Below, piece after piece: positions 40,690 through 54,200 of a stretch of DNA of 64,000 nt. Both the position numbers and the translations under genes were made by a program. How positions within the stretch are numbered: the stretch's first letter is position 1; the number at the start of each line of letters is the position of its first letter. Below the pieces are notes generated by a model, which had not been told where the DNA came from, did not search any database, and saw nothing but the letters and a program-made list of their open reading frames with translations. This DNA comes from Eledone cirrhosa (taxonomy: Eukaryota), in NCBI GenBank assembly GCA_964016885.1, contig OZ024762.1, positions 30,318,001 through 30,382,000 on the forward strand, given 5' to 3'.

Positions 40690-43600
40690 TTCATGGTATT
40701 AGCTGTCAGAAGTAACTCCAATGTTGGTGAGAATTCATTTAAGTCATGGTACTAGCTGTCAGAAGTAACTCCACTGTTGGTGGGATTCATTTAAGTTCAT
40801 GGTATTAGCTGTCAGAAGGAACTCCACTGTTGGTGAGAATTCATTTAAGTTCATGGTATTAGCTGTCAGAAATAACTCCACTGTTGGTGAGAATTCATTT
40901 AGGTTCATGGTACTAGCTGTCAGAAGTAACTCCAATGTTGGTGAGAATTCATTTAAGTTCATGGTATTAGCTGTCAGAAGTAACTCCACTGTTGGTGAGA
41001 ATTCATTTAAGTCATGGTATTAGCTGTCAGAAGTAACTCCATTGTTGGTGAGAATTCATTTAAGTCATGGTACTAGCTGTCAGAAGTAACTCCACTTTTG
41101 GTGAGAATTCATTTAAGTCATGGTATTAGCTGTCAGAAGTAACTCCATTGTTGGTGAGAATTCATTTAAGTCATGGTACTAGCTGTCAGAAGTAACTCCA
41201 CTGTTGGTGAGAATTCATTTAAGTTCATGGTATTAGCTGTCAGAAGGAACTCCACTGTTGGTGAGAATTCATTTAAGTTCATGGTATTAGCTGTCAGAAG
41301 TAACTCCACTGTTGGTGAGAATTCATTTAAGTTCATGGTACTAGCTGTCAGAAGTAACTCCAATGTTGGTGAGAATTCATTTAAGTTCATGGTATTAGCT
41401 GTCAGAAGTAACTCCACTGTTGGTGAGAATTCATTTAAGTTCATGGTATTAGCTGTCAGAACTAACTCCACTGTTGGTGAGAATTCATTTAAGTTCATGG
41501 TACTAGCTGTCAGAAATAACTCCACTGTTGGTGAGAATTCATTTAAGTTCATGGTATTAGCTGTCAGAAGTAACTCCACTGTTGGTGAGAATACATTTAA
41601 GTCATGGTATTAGCTGTCAGAAGTAACTCCATTGTTGGTGAGAATTCATTTAAGTCATGGTACTAGCTGTCAGAAGTAACTCCACTGTTGGTGAGAATTC
41701 ATTTAAGTTCATGGTACTAGCTGTCAGAAGTAACTCCACTGTTGGTGAGAATTCATTTCAGTTCATGGTACTAGCTGTCAGAAGTAACTCCACTGTTGGT
41801 GAGAATTCATTTAAGTTCATGGTACTAGCTGTCAGAAGTAACTCCACTGTTGGTGAGAATTCATTTCAGTTCATGGTACTAGCTGTCAGAAGTAACTCCA
41901 CTGTTGGTGAGAATTCATTTAAGTTCATGGTACTAGCTGTCAGAAGTAACTCCACTGTTGGTGAGAATTCATTTCAGTTCATGGTACTAGCTGTCAGAAG
42001 TAACTCCACTGTTGGTGAGAATTCATTTAAGTTCATGGTACTAGCTGTCAGAAGTAACTCCAATGTTGGTGAGAATTCATTTAAGTTCATGGTATTAGCT
42101 GTCAGAAGTAACTCCACTGTTGGTGAGAATTCATTTAAGTTCATGGTATTAGCTGTCAGAAGTAACTCCACTGTTGGTGAGAATTCATTTAAGTTCATGG
42201 TACTAGCTGTCAGAAGTAACTCCACTGTTGGTGAGAATTCATTTAAGTTCATGGTATTAGCTGTCAGAAGTAACTCCACTGTTGGTGAGAATTCATTTAA
42301 GTTCATGGTATTAGCTGTCAGAAGGAACGCCACTGTTGGTGAGAATTCATTTAAGTCATGGTATTAGCTGTCAGAAGTAACTCCATTGTTGGTGAGAATT
42401 CATTTAAGTCATGGTACTAGCTGTCAGAAGTAACTCCACTGTTGGTGAGAATTCATTTAAGTTCATGGTATTAGCTGTCAGAAGGAACTCCACTGTTGGT
42501 GAGAATTCATTTAAGTTAATGGTTTTAGCTGTCAGAAGTAACTCCACTGTTGGTGAGAATTCATTTAAATTCATGGTACTAGCTGTCAAAAGTAACTCCA
42601 CTGTTGGTGAGAATTCATTTAAGTTCATGGTACTAGCTGTCAGAAGGAACTCCACTGTTGGTGAGAATTCATTTAAGTTCATGGTATTAGCTGTCAGAAG
42701 TAACTCCAATGTTGGTGAGAATTCATTTAAGTCATGGTACTAGCTGTCAGAAGTAACTCCACTGTTGGTGAGAATTCATTTAAGTTCATGGTATTAGCTG
42801 TCAGAAGGAACTCCACTGTTGGTGAGAATTCATTTAAGTTCATGGTATTAGCTGTCAGAAGTAACTCCACTGTTGGTGAGAATTCATTTAGGTTCATGGT
42901 ACTAGCTGTCAGAAGTAACTCCACTGTTGGTGAGAATTCATTTAAGTCATGGTATTAGCTGTCAGAAGTAACTCCACTGTTGGTGAGAATTCATTTAAGT
43001 CATGGTATTAGCTGTCAGAAGTAACTCCATTGTTGGTAAGAATTCATTTAAGTCATGGTATTAGCTGTCAGAAGTAACTCCATTGTTGGTGAGAATTCAT
43101 TTAAGTTCATGGTATTAGCTGTCAGAAGGAACGCCACTGTTGGTGAGAATTCATTTAAGTCATGGTATTAGCTGTCAGAAGTAACTCCATTGTTGGTGAG
43201 AATTCATTTAAGTCATGGTACTAGCTGTCAGAAGTAACTCCACTGTTGGTGAGAATTCATTTAAGTTCATGGTATTAGCTGTCAGAAGGAACTCCACTGT
43301 TGGTGAGAATTCATTTAAGTTCATGGTATTAGCTGTCAGAAGTAACTCCACTGTTGGTGAGAATTCATTTAAGTTCATGGTATTAGCTGTCAGAAGTAAC
43401 TCCAATGTTGGTGAGAATTCATTTAAGTCATGGTACTAGCTGTCAGAAGTAACTCCACTGTTGGTGGGATTCATTTAAGTTCATGGTATTAGCTGTCAGA
43501 AGGAACTCCACTGTTGGTGAGAATTCATTTAAGTTCATGGTATTAGCTGTCAGAAGTAACTCCACTGTTGGTGAGAATTCATTTAGGTTCATGGTACTAG

Positions 43601-45290
43601 CTGTCAGAAGTAACTCCAATGTTGGTGAGAATTCATTTAAGTTCATGGTATTAGCTGTCAGAAGTAACTCCACTGTTGGTGAGAATTCATTTAAGTCATG
43701 GTATTAGCTGTCAGAAGTAACTCCATTGTTGGTGAGAATTCATTTAAGTCATGGTACTAGCTGTCAGAAGTAACTCCACTTTTGGTGAGAATTCATTTAA
43801 GTCATGGTATTAGCTGTCAGAAGTAACTCCATTGTTGGTGAGAATTCATTTAAGTCATGGTACTAGCTGTCAGAAGTAACTCCACTGTTGGTGAGAATTC
43901 ATTTAAGTTCATGGTATTAGCTGTCAGAAGGAACTCCACTGTTGGTGAGAATTCATTTAAGTTCATGGTATTAGCTGTCAGAAGTAACTCCACTGTTGGT
44001 GAGAATTCATTTAAGTTCATGGTACTAGCTGTCAGAAGTAACTCCAATGTTGGTGAGAATTCATTTTAGTTCATGGTATTAGCTGTCAGAAGTAACTCCA
44101 CTGTTGGTGAGAATTCATTTAAGTTCATGGTATTAGCTGTCAGAACTAACTCCACTGTTGGTGAGAATTCATTTAAGTTCATGGTACTAGCTGTCAGAAA
44201 TAACTCCACTGTTGGTGAGAATTCATTTAAGTTCATGGTATTAGCTGTCAGAAGTAACTCCACTGTTGGTGAGAATACATTTAAGTCATGGTATTAGCTG
44301 TCAGAAGTAACTCCATTGTTGGTGAGAATTCATTTAAGTCATGGTACTAGCTGTCAGAAGTAACTCCACTGTTGGTGAGAATTCATTTAAGTTCATGGTA
44401 CTAGCTGTCAGAAGTAACTCCACTGTTGGTGAGAATTCATTTCAGTTCATGGTACTAGCTGTCAGAAGTAACTCCACTGTTGGTGAGAATTCATTTAAGT
44501 TCATGGTACTAGCTGTCAGAAGTAACTCCACTGTTGGTGAGAATTCATTTCAGTTCATGGTACTAGCTGTCAGAAGTAACTCCACTGTTGGTGAGAATTC
44601 ATTTAAGTTCATGGTACTAGCTGTCAGAAGTAACTCCACTGTTGGTGAGAATTCATTTCAGTTCATGGTACTAGCTGTCAGAAGTAACTCCACTGTTGGT
44701 GAGAATTCATTTAAGTTCATGGTACTAGCTGTCAGAAGTAACTCCAATGTTGGTGAGAATTCATTTAAGTTCATGGTATTAGCTGTCAGAAGTAACTCCA
44801 CTGTTGGTGAGAATTCATTTAAGTTCATGGTATTAGCTGTCAGAAGTAACTCCACTGTTGGTGAGAATTCATTTAAGTTCATGGTACTAGCTGTCAGAAG
44901 TAACTCCACTGTTGGTGAGAATTCATTTAAGTTCATGGTATTAGCTGTCAGAAGTAACTCCACTGTTGGTGAGAATTCATTTAAGTTCATGGTATTAGCT
45001 GTCAGAAGGAACGCCACTGTTGGTGAGAATTCATTTAAGTCATGGTATTAGCTGTCAGAAGTAACTCCATTGTTGGTGAGAATTCATTTAAGTCATGGTA
45101 CTAGCTGTCAGAAGTAACTCCACTGTTGGTGAGAATTCATTTAAGTTCATGGTATTAGCTGTCAGAAGGAACTCCACTGTGGGTGAGAATTCATTTAAGT
45201 TAATGGTATTAGCTGTCAGAAGTAACTCCACTGTTGGTGAGAATTCATTTAAATTCATGGTACTAGCTGTCAGAAGTAACTCCACTGTTG
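40690..45290. repeat. Higher-order duplication, period 2684 bp (50 monomers, 16 deletions)
   Basis: Rare deletion variant TGGGATTCAT at 40781 and 43465. AGAACTAAC, GAATACAT and triple TTTCAG occur in both copies. ORF pairs 40799/43483, 41173/43857, 41657/44341 and 42411/45095 differ by 2684. Confidence 0.92.
41657..42030. repeat. 108-bp dimer repeat (alternating TTTAAG / TTTCAG monomers), 3 copies; repeated again at ~44341-44710
   Basis: A-to-C variant at 41759, 41867 and 41975 (108-bp spacing). The same triplet recurs 2684 bp downstream. Confidence 0.88.
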
Positions 45291-48200
45291 GTGAGAATTC
45301 ATTTAAGTCATGGTACTAGCTGTCAGAAGTAACTCCACTGTTGGTGAGAATTCATTTAAGTTCATGGTATTAGCTGTCAGAAGGAACTCCACTGTTGGTG
45401 AGAATTCATTTAAGTTCATGGTATTAGCTGTCAGAAGTAACTCCACTGTTGGTGAGAATTCATTTAGGTTCATGGTACTAGCTGTCAGAAGTAACTCCAC
45501 TGTTGGTGAGAATTCATTTAAGTTCATGGTATTAGCTGTCAGAAGTAACTCCACTGTTGGTGAGAATTCATTTAAGTCATGGTATTAGCTGTCAGAAGTA
45601 ACTCCATTGTTGGTGAGAATTCATTTAAGTCATGGTATTAGCTGTCAGAAGTAACTCCATTGTTGGTGAGAATTCATTTAAGTTCATGGTATTAGCTGTC
45701 AGAAGGAACGCCACTGTTGGTGAGAATTCATTTAAGTCATGGTATTAGCTGTCAGAAGTAACTCCATTGTTGGTGAGAATTCATTTAAGTCATGGTACTA
45801 GCTGTCAGAAGTAACTCCACTGTTGGTGAGAATTCATTTAAGTTCATGGTATTAGCTGTCAGAAGGAACTCCACTGTTGGTGAGAATTCATTTAAGTTCA
45901 TGGTATTAGCTGTCAGAAGTAACTCCACTGTTGGTGAGAATTCATTTAAATTCATGGTACTAGCTGTCAGAAGTAACTCCACTGTTGGTGAGAATTCATT
46001 TAAGTTCATGGTACTAGCTGTCAGAAGGAACTCCACTGTTGGTGAGAATTCATTTAAGTTCATGGTATTAGCTGTCAGAAGTAACTCCAATGTTGGTGAG
46101 AATTCATTTAAGTCATGGTACTAGCTGTCAGAAGTAACTCCACTGTTGGTGAGAATTCATTTAAGTTCATGGTATTAGCTGTCAGAAGGAACTCCACTGT
46201 TGGTGAGAATTCAGTTAAGTTCATCGTATTAGCTGTCAGAAGTAACTCCACTGTTGGTGAGAATTCATTTAGGTTCATGGTACTAGCTGTCAGAAGTAAC
46301 TCCAATGTTGGTGAGAATTCATTTAAGTTCATGGTATTAGCTGTCAGAAGTAACTCCACTGTTGGTGAGAATTCATTTAAGTTCATGGTATTAGCTGTCA
46401 GAAGTAACTCCACTGTTGGTGAGAATTCATTTAAGTTCATGGTACTAGCTGTCAGAAGTAACTCCACTGTTGGTGAGAATTCATTTAAGTTCATGGTATT
46501 AGCTGTCAGAAGTAACTCCAATGTTGGTGAGAATTCATTTAAGTCTTGGTACTAGCTGTCAGAAGTAACTCCACTGTTGGTGAGAATTCATTTAAGTTCA
46601 TGGTATTAGCTGTCAGAAGGAACTCCACTGTTGGTGAGAATTCATTTAAGTTCATGGTATTAGCTGTCAGAAGTAACTCCACTGTTGGTGAGAATTCATT
46701 TAAGTTCATGGTACTAGCTGTCAGAAGTAACTCCAATGTTGGTGAGAATTCATTTAAGTTCATGGTACTAGCTGTCAGAAGTAACTCCACTGTTGGTGAG
46801 AATTCATTTAAGTTCATGGTATTAGCTGTCAGAAGTAACTCCACTGTGGGTGAGAATTCATTTAAGTCATGGTATTAGCTGTCAGAAGTAACTCCATTGT
46901 TGGTGAGAATTCATTTAAGTCATGGTACTAGCTGTCAGAAGTAACTCCACTGTTGGTGAGAATTCATTTAAGTTCATGGTACTAGCTGTCAGAAGTAACT
47001 CCACTGTTCGTGAGAATTCATTTAAGTTCATGGTACTAGCTGTCAGAAGTAACTCCACTGTTGGTGAGAATTCATTTAAGTTCATGGTACTAGCTGTCAG
47101 AAGTAACTCCACTGTTGGTGAGAATTCATTTAAGTCATGGTATTAGCTGTCAGAAGTAACTCCATTGTTGGTGAGAATTCATTTAAGTCATGGTACTAGC
47201 TGTCAGAAGTAACTCCACTTTTGGTGAGAATTCATTTAAGTTATGGTATTAGCTGTCAGAAGTAACTCCATTGTTGGTGAGAATTCATTTAAGTCATGGT
47301 ACTAGCTGTCAGAAGTAACTCCACTGTTGGTGAGAATTCATTTAAGTTCATGGTATTAGCTGTCAGAAGGAACTCCACTGTTGGTGAGAATTCATTTAAG
47401 TTCATGGTATTAGCTGTCAGAAGTAACTCCACTGTTGGTGAGAATTCATTTAAGTTCATGGTACTAGCTGTCAGAAGTAACTCCAATGTTGGTGAGAATT
47501 CATTTAAGTTCATGGTATTAGCTGTCAGAAGTAACTCCACTGTTGGTGAGAATTCATTTAAGTTCATGGTATTAGCTGTCAGAAGTAACTCCACTGTGGG
47601 TGAGAATTCATTTAAGTTCATGGTATTAGCTGTCAGAAGTAACTCCACTGTGGGTGAGAATTCATTTAAGTCATGGTATTAGCTGTCAGAAGTAACTCCA
47701 CTGTTGGTGAGAATTCATTTAAGTTCATGGTACTAGCTGTCAGAAGTAACTCCACTGTTCGTGAGAATTCATTTAAGTCATGGTACTAGCTGTCAGAAGT
47801 AACTCCACTGTTGGTGAGAATTCATTTAAGTTCATGGTACTAGCTGTCAGAAGTAACTCCACTGTTGGTGAGAATTCATTTCAGTTCATGGTACTAGCTG
47901 TCAGAAGTAACTCCACTGTTGGTGAGAATTCATTTAAGTTCATGGTACTAGCTGTCAGAAGTAACTCCACTGTTGGTGAGAATTCATTTAAGTTCATGGT
48001 ACTAGCTGTCAGAAGTAACTCCACTGTTGGTGAGAATTCATTTAAGTTCATGGTATTAGCTGTCAGAAGTAACTCCACTGTTGGTGAGAATTCATTTAAG
48101 TTCATGGTATTAGCTGTCAGAAGTAACTCCACTGTTGGTGAGAATTCATTTAAATTCATGGTACTAGCTGTCAGAAGTAACTCCACTGTTGGTGAGAATT

Positions 48201-51200
48201 CATTTAAGTTCATGGTACTAGCTGTCAGAAGGAACTCCACTGTTGGTGAGAATTCATTTAAGTTCATGGTATTAGCTGTCAGAAGTAACTCCAATGTTGG
48301 TGAGAATTCATTTAAGTCATGGTACTAGCTGTCAGAAGTAACTCCACTGTTGGTGAGAATTCATTTAAGTTCATGGTATTAGCTGTCAGAAGGAACTCCA
48401 CTGTTGGTGAGAATTCAGTTAAGTTCATGGTATTAGCTGTCAGAAGTAACTCCACTGTTGGTGAGAATTCATTTAGGTTCATGGTACTAGCTGTCAGAAG
48501 TAACTCCAATGTTGGTGAGAATTCATTTAAGTTCATGGTATTAGCTGTCAGAAGTAACTCCACTGTTGGTGAGAATTCATTTAAGTTCATGGTATTAGCT
48601 GTCAGAAGTAACTCCACTGTTGGTGAGAATTCATTTAAGTTCATGGTACTAGCTGTCAGAAGTAACTCCACTGTTGGTGAGAATTCATTTAAGTTCATGG
48701 TATTAGCTGTCAGAAGTAACTCCACTGTTGGTGAGAATTCATTTAAGTCATGGTATTAGCTGTCAGAAGTAACTCCATTGTTGGTGAGAATTCATTTAAG
48801 TCATGGTACTAGCTGTCAGAAGTAACTCCACTTTTGGTGAGAATTCATTTAAGTTATGGTATTAGCTGTCAGAAGTAACTCCATTGTTGGTGAGAATTCA
48901 TTTAACTCATGGTACTAGCTGTCAGAAGTAACTCCACTGTTGGTGAGAATTCATTTAAGTTCATGGTATTAGCTGTCAGAAGGAACTCCACTGTTGGTGA
49001 GAATTCATTTAAGTTCATGGTATTAGCTGTCAGAAGTAACTCCACTGTTGGTGAGAATTCATTTAAGTTCATGGTACTAGCTGTCAGAAGTAACTCCAAT
49101 GTTGGTGAGAATTCATTTAAGTTCATGGTATTAGCTGTCAGAAGTAACTCCACTGTTGGTGAGAATTCATTTAAGTTCATGGTATTAGCTGTCAGAAGTA
49201 ACTCCACTGTTGGTGAGAATTCATTTAAGTTCATGGTACTAGCTGTCAGAAGTAACTCGACTGTTGGTGAGAATTCATTTAAGTTCATGGTATTAGCTGT
49301 CAGAAGTAACTCCACTGTTGGTGAGAATTCATTTAAGTTCATGGTATTAGCTGTCAGAAGTAACTCCACTGTTGGTGAGAATTCATTTAAGTTCATGGTA
49401 TTAGCTGTCAGAAGGAACTCCACTGTTGGTGAGAATTCATTTAAGTTCATGGTATTAGCTGTCAGAAGTAACTCCACTGTTGGTGAGAATTCATTTAAGT
49501 TCATGGTACTAGCTGTCAGAAGGAACTCCACTGTTGGTGAGAATTCATTTAAGTTCATGGTATTAGCTGTCAGAAGTAACTCCAATGTTGGTGAGAATTC
49601 ATTTAAGTCTTGGTACTAGCTGTCAGAAGTAACTCCACTGTTGGTGAGAATTCATTTAAGTTCATGGTATTAGCTGTCAGAAGGAACTCCACTGTTGGTG
49701 AGAATTCATTTAAGTTCATGGTATTAGCTGTCAGAAGTAACTCCACTGTTGGTGAGAATTCATTTAAGTTCATGGTACTAGCTGTCAGAAGTAACTCCAC
49801 TGTTGGTGAGAATTCATTTAAGTTCATGGTACTAGCTGTCAGACGTAACTCCAATGTTGGTGAGAATTCATTTAAGTTCATTGTATTAGCTGTCAGAAGT
49901 AACTCCACTGTTGGTGAGAATTCATTTAAGTTCATGGTACTAGCTGTCAGAAGTAACTCCACTGTTGGTGAGAATTCATTTAAGTTCATGGTACTAGCTG
50001 TCAGAAGTAACTCCAATGTTGGTGAGAATTCATTTAAGTTCATGGTATTAGCTGTCAGAAGTAACTCCACTGTTGGTGAGAATTCATTTAAGTTCATGGT
50101 ACTAGCTGTCAGAAGTAACTCCACTGTTGGTGAGAATTCATTTAAGTTCATGGTATTATCTGTCAGAAGTAACTCCACTGTTGGTGAGAATTCATTTAAG
50201 TTCATGGTACTAGCTGTCAGAAGTAACCACAATGTTGGTGAGAATTCATTTAAGTTCATGGTATTAGCTGTCAGAAGGAACTCCACTGTTGGTGAGAATT
50301 CATTTAAGTTCATGGTATTAGCTGTCAGAAGTAACTCCACTGTTGGTGAGAATTCATTTAAGTTCATGGTACTAGCTGTCAGAAGTAAATCCAATGTTGG
50401 TGAGAATTCATTTAAGTTTATGGTATTAGCTGTCAGAAGTAACTCCACTGTTGGTGAGAATTCATTTAAGTCATGGTATTAGCTGTCAGAAGTAACTCCA
50501 TTGTTGGTGAGAATTCATTTAAGTCATGGTACTAGCTGTCAGAAGTAACTCCACTTTTGGTGAGAATTCATTTAAGTCATGGTATTAGCTGTCAGAAGTA
50601 ACTCCATTGTTGGTGAGAATTCATTTAAGTCATGGTACTAGCTGTCAGAAGTAACTCCACTGTTGGTGAGAATTCATTTAAGTTCATGGTATTAGCTGTC
50701 AGAAGGAACTCCACTGTTGGTGAGAATTCATTTAAGTTCATGGTATTAGCTGTCAGAAGTAACTCCACTGTTGGTGAGAATTCATTTAAGTTCATGGTAC
50801 TAGCTGTCAGAAGTAACTCCAATGTTGGTGAGAATTCATTTAAGTTCATGGTATTAGCTGTCAGAAGTAACTCCACTGTTGGTGAGAATTCATTTAAGTT
50901 CATGGTATTAGCTGTCAGAACTAACTCCACTGTTGGTGAGAATTCATTTAAGTTCATGGTACTAGCTGTCAGAAGTAACTCCACTGTTGGTGAGAATTCA
51001 TTTAAGTTCATGGTATTAGCTGTCAGAAGTAACTCCACTGTTGGTGAGAATTCATTTAAGTCATGGTATTAGCTGTCAGAAGTAACTCCATTGTTGGTGA
51101 GAATTCATTTAAGTCATGGTACTAGCTGTCAGAAGTAACTCCACTGTTGGTGAGAATTCATTTAAGTTCATGGTACTAGCTGTCAGAAGTAACTCCACTG

Positions 51201-54200
51201 TTGGTGAGAATTCATTTCAGTTCATGGTACTAGCTGTCAGAAGTAACTCCACTGTTGGTGAGAATTCATTTAAGTTCATGGTACTAGCTGTCAGAAGTAA
51301 CTCCACTGTTGGTGAGAATTCATTTAAGTTCATGGTACTAGCTGTCAGAAGTAACTCCACTGTTGGTGAGAATTCATTTAAGTTCATGGTATTAGCTGTC
51401 AGAAGTAACTCCACTGTTGGTGAGAATTCATTTAAGTTCATGGTATTAGCTGTCAGAAGGAACGCCACTTTTGGTGAGAATTCATTTAAGTCATGGTATT
51501 AGCTGTCAGAAGTAACTCCATTGTTGGTGAGAATTCATTTAAGTCATGGTACTAGCTGTCAGAAGTAACTCCACTGTTGGTGAGAATTCATTTAAGTTCA
51601 TGGTATTAGCTGTCAGAAGGAACTCCACTGTTGGTGAGAATTCATTTAAGTTAATGGTATTAGCTGTCAGAAGTAACTCCACTGTTGGTGAGAATTCATT
51701 TAAATTCATGGTACTAGCTGTCAGAAGTAACTCCACTGTTGGTGAGAATTCATTTAAGTTCATGGTACTAGCTGTCAGAAGGAACTCCATTGTTGGTGAG
51801 AATTCATTTAAGTTCATGGTATTAGCTGTCAGAAGTAACTCCAATGTTGGTGAGAATTCATTTAAGTCATGGTACTAGCTGTCAGAAGTAACTCCACTGT
51901 TGGTGAGAATTCATTTAAGTTCATGGTATTAGCTGTCAGAAGGAACTCCACTGTTGGTGAGAATTCATTTAAGTTCATGGTATTAGCTGTCAGAAGTAAC
52001 TCCACTGTTGGTGAGAATTCATTTAGGTTCATGGTACTAGCTGTCAGAAGTAACTCCACTGTTGGTGAGAATTCATTTAAGTTCATGGTATTAGCTGTCA
52101 GAAGTAACTCCACTGTTGGTGAGAATTCATTTAAGTCATGGTATTAGCTGTCAGAAGTAACTCCATTGTTGGTGAGAATTCATTTAAGTCATGGTATTAG
52201 CTGTCAGAAGTAACTCCGTTGTTGGTGAGAATTCATTTAAGTTCATGGTACTAGCTGTCAGAAGTAACTCCACTGTTGGTGAGAATTCATTTAAGTTCAT
52301 GGTATTAGCTGTCAGAATGAACTCCACTGTTGGTGAGAATTCAGTTAAGTTCATGGTATTAGCTGTCAGAAGTAACTCCACTGTTGGTGAGAATTCATTT
52401 AGGTTCATGGTACTAGCTGTCAGAAGTAACTCCAATGTTGGTGAGAATTCATTTAAGTTCATGGTATTAGCTGTCAGAAGTAACTCCACTGTTGGTGAGA
52501 ATTCATTTAAGTTCATGGTATTAGCTGTCAGAAGTAACTCCACTGTTGGTGAGAATTCATTTAAGTTCATGGTACTAGCTGTCAGAAGTAACTCCACTGT
52601 TGGTGAGAATTCATTTAAGTTCATGGTATTAGCTGTCAGAAGTAACTCCACTGTTGGTGAGAATTCATTTAAGTCATGGTATTAGCTGTCAGAAGTAACT
52701 CCATTGTTGGTGAGAATTCATTTAAGTCATGGTACTAGCTGTCAGAAGTAACTCCACTTTTGGTGAGAATTCATTTACGTTATGGTATTAGCTGTCAGAA
52801 GTAACTCCATTGTTGGTGAGAATTCATTTAAGTCATGGTACTAGCTGTCAGAAGTAACTCCACTGTTGGTGAGAATTCATTTAAGTTCATGGTATTAGCT
52901 GTCAGAAGGAACTCCACTGTTGGTGAGAATTCATTTAAGTTCATGGTATTAGCTGTCAGAAGTAACTCCACTGTTGGTGAGAATTCATTTAAGTTCATGG
53001 TACTAGCTGTCAGAAGTAACTCCAATGTTGGTGAGAATTCATTTAAGTTCATGGTATTAGCTGTCAGAAGTAACTCCACTGTTGGTGAGAATTCATTTAA
53101 GTTCATGGTATTAGCTGTCAGAAGTAACTCCACTGTTGGTGAGAATTCATTTAAGTTCATGGTACTAGCTGTCAGAAGTAACTCCACTGTTGGTGAGAAT
53201 TCATTTAAGTTCATGGTATTAGCTGTCAGAAGTAACTCCACTGTTGGTGAGAATTCATTTAAGTTCATGGTATTAGCTGTCAGAAGTAACTCCACTGTTG
53301 GTGAGAATTCATTTAAGTTCATGGTATTAGCTGTCAGAAGGAACTCCACTGTTGGTGAGAATTCATTTAAGTTCATGGTATTAGCTGTCAGAAGGAACTC
53401 CAATGTTGGTGAGAATTCATTTAAGTTCATGGTATTAGCTGTCAGAAGGAACGCCACTGTTGGTGAGAATTCATTTAAGTCATGGTATTAGCTGTCAGAA
53501 GTAACTCCATTGTTGGTGAGAATTCATTTAAGTCATGGTACTAGCTGTCAGAAGTAACTCCACTGTTGGTGAGAATTCATTTAGGTTCATGGTATTAGCT
53601 GTCAGAAGGAACTCCACTGTTGGTGAGAATTCATTTAAGTTCATGGTATTAGCTGTCAGAAGTAACTCCACTGTTGGTGAGAATTCATTTAAGTTCATGG
53701 TACTAGCTGTCAGAAGTAACTCCACTGTTGGTGAGAATTCATTTAAGTTCATGGTACTAGCTGTCAGAAGGAACTCCACTGTTGGTGAGAATTCATTTAA
53801 GTTCATGGTATTAGCTGTCAGAAGTAACTCCAATGTTGGTGAGAATTCATTTAAGTCTTGGTACTAGCTGTCAGAAGTAACTCCACTGTTGGTGAGAATT
53901 CATTTAAGTTCATGGTATTAGCTGTCAGAAGGAACTCCACTGTTGGTGAGAATTCATTTAAGTTCATGGTATTAGCTGTCAGAAGTAACTCCACTGTTGG
54001 TGAGAATTCATTTAAGTTCATGGTACTAGCTGTCAGAAGTAACTCCAATGTTGGTGAGAATTCATTTAAGTTCATGGTACTAGCTGTCAGAAGTAACTCC
54101 ACTGTTGGTGAGAATTCATTTAAGTTCATGGTATTAGCTGTCAGAAGTAACTCCACTGTGGGTGAGAATTCATTTAAGTCATGGTATTAGCTGTCAGAAG

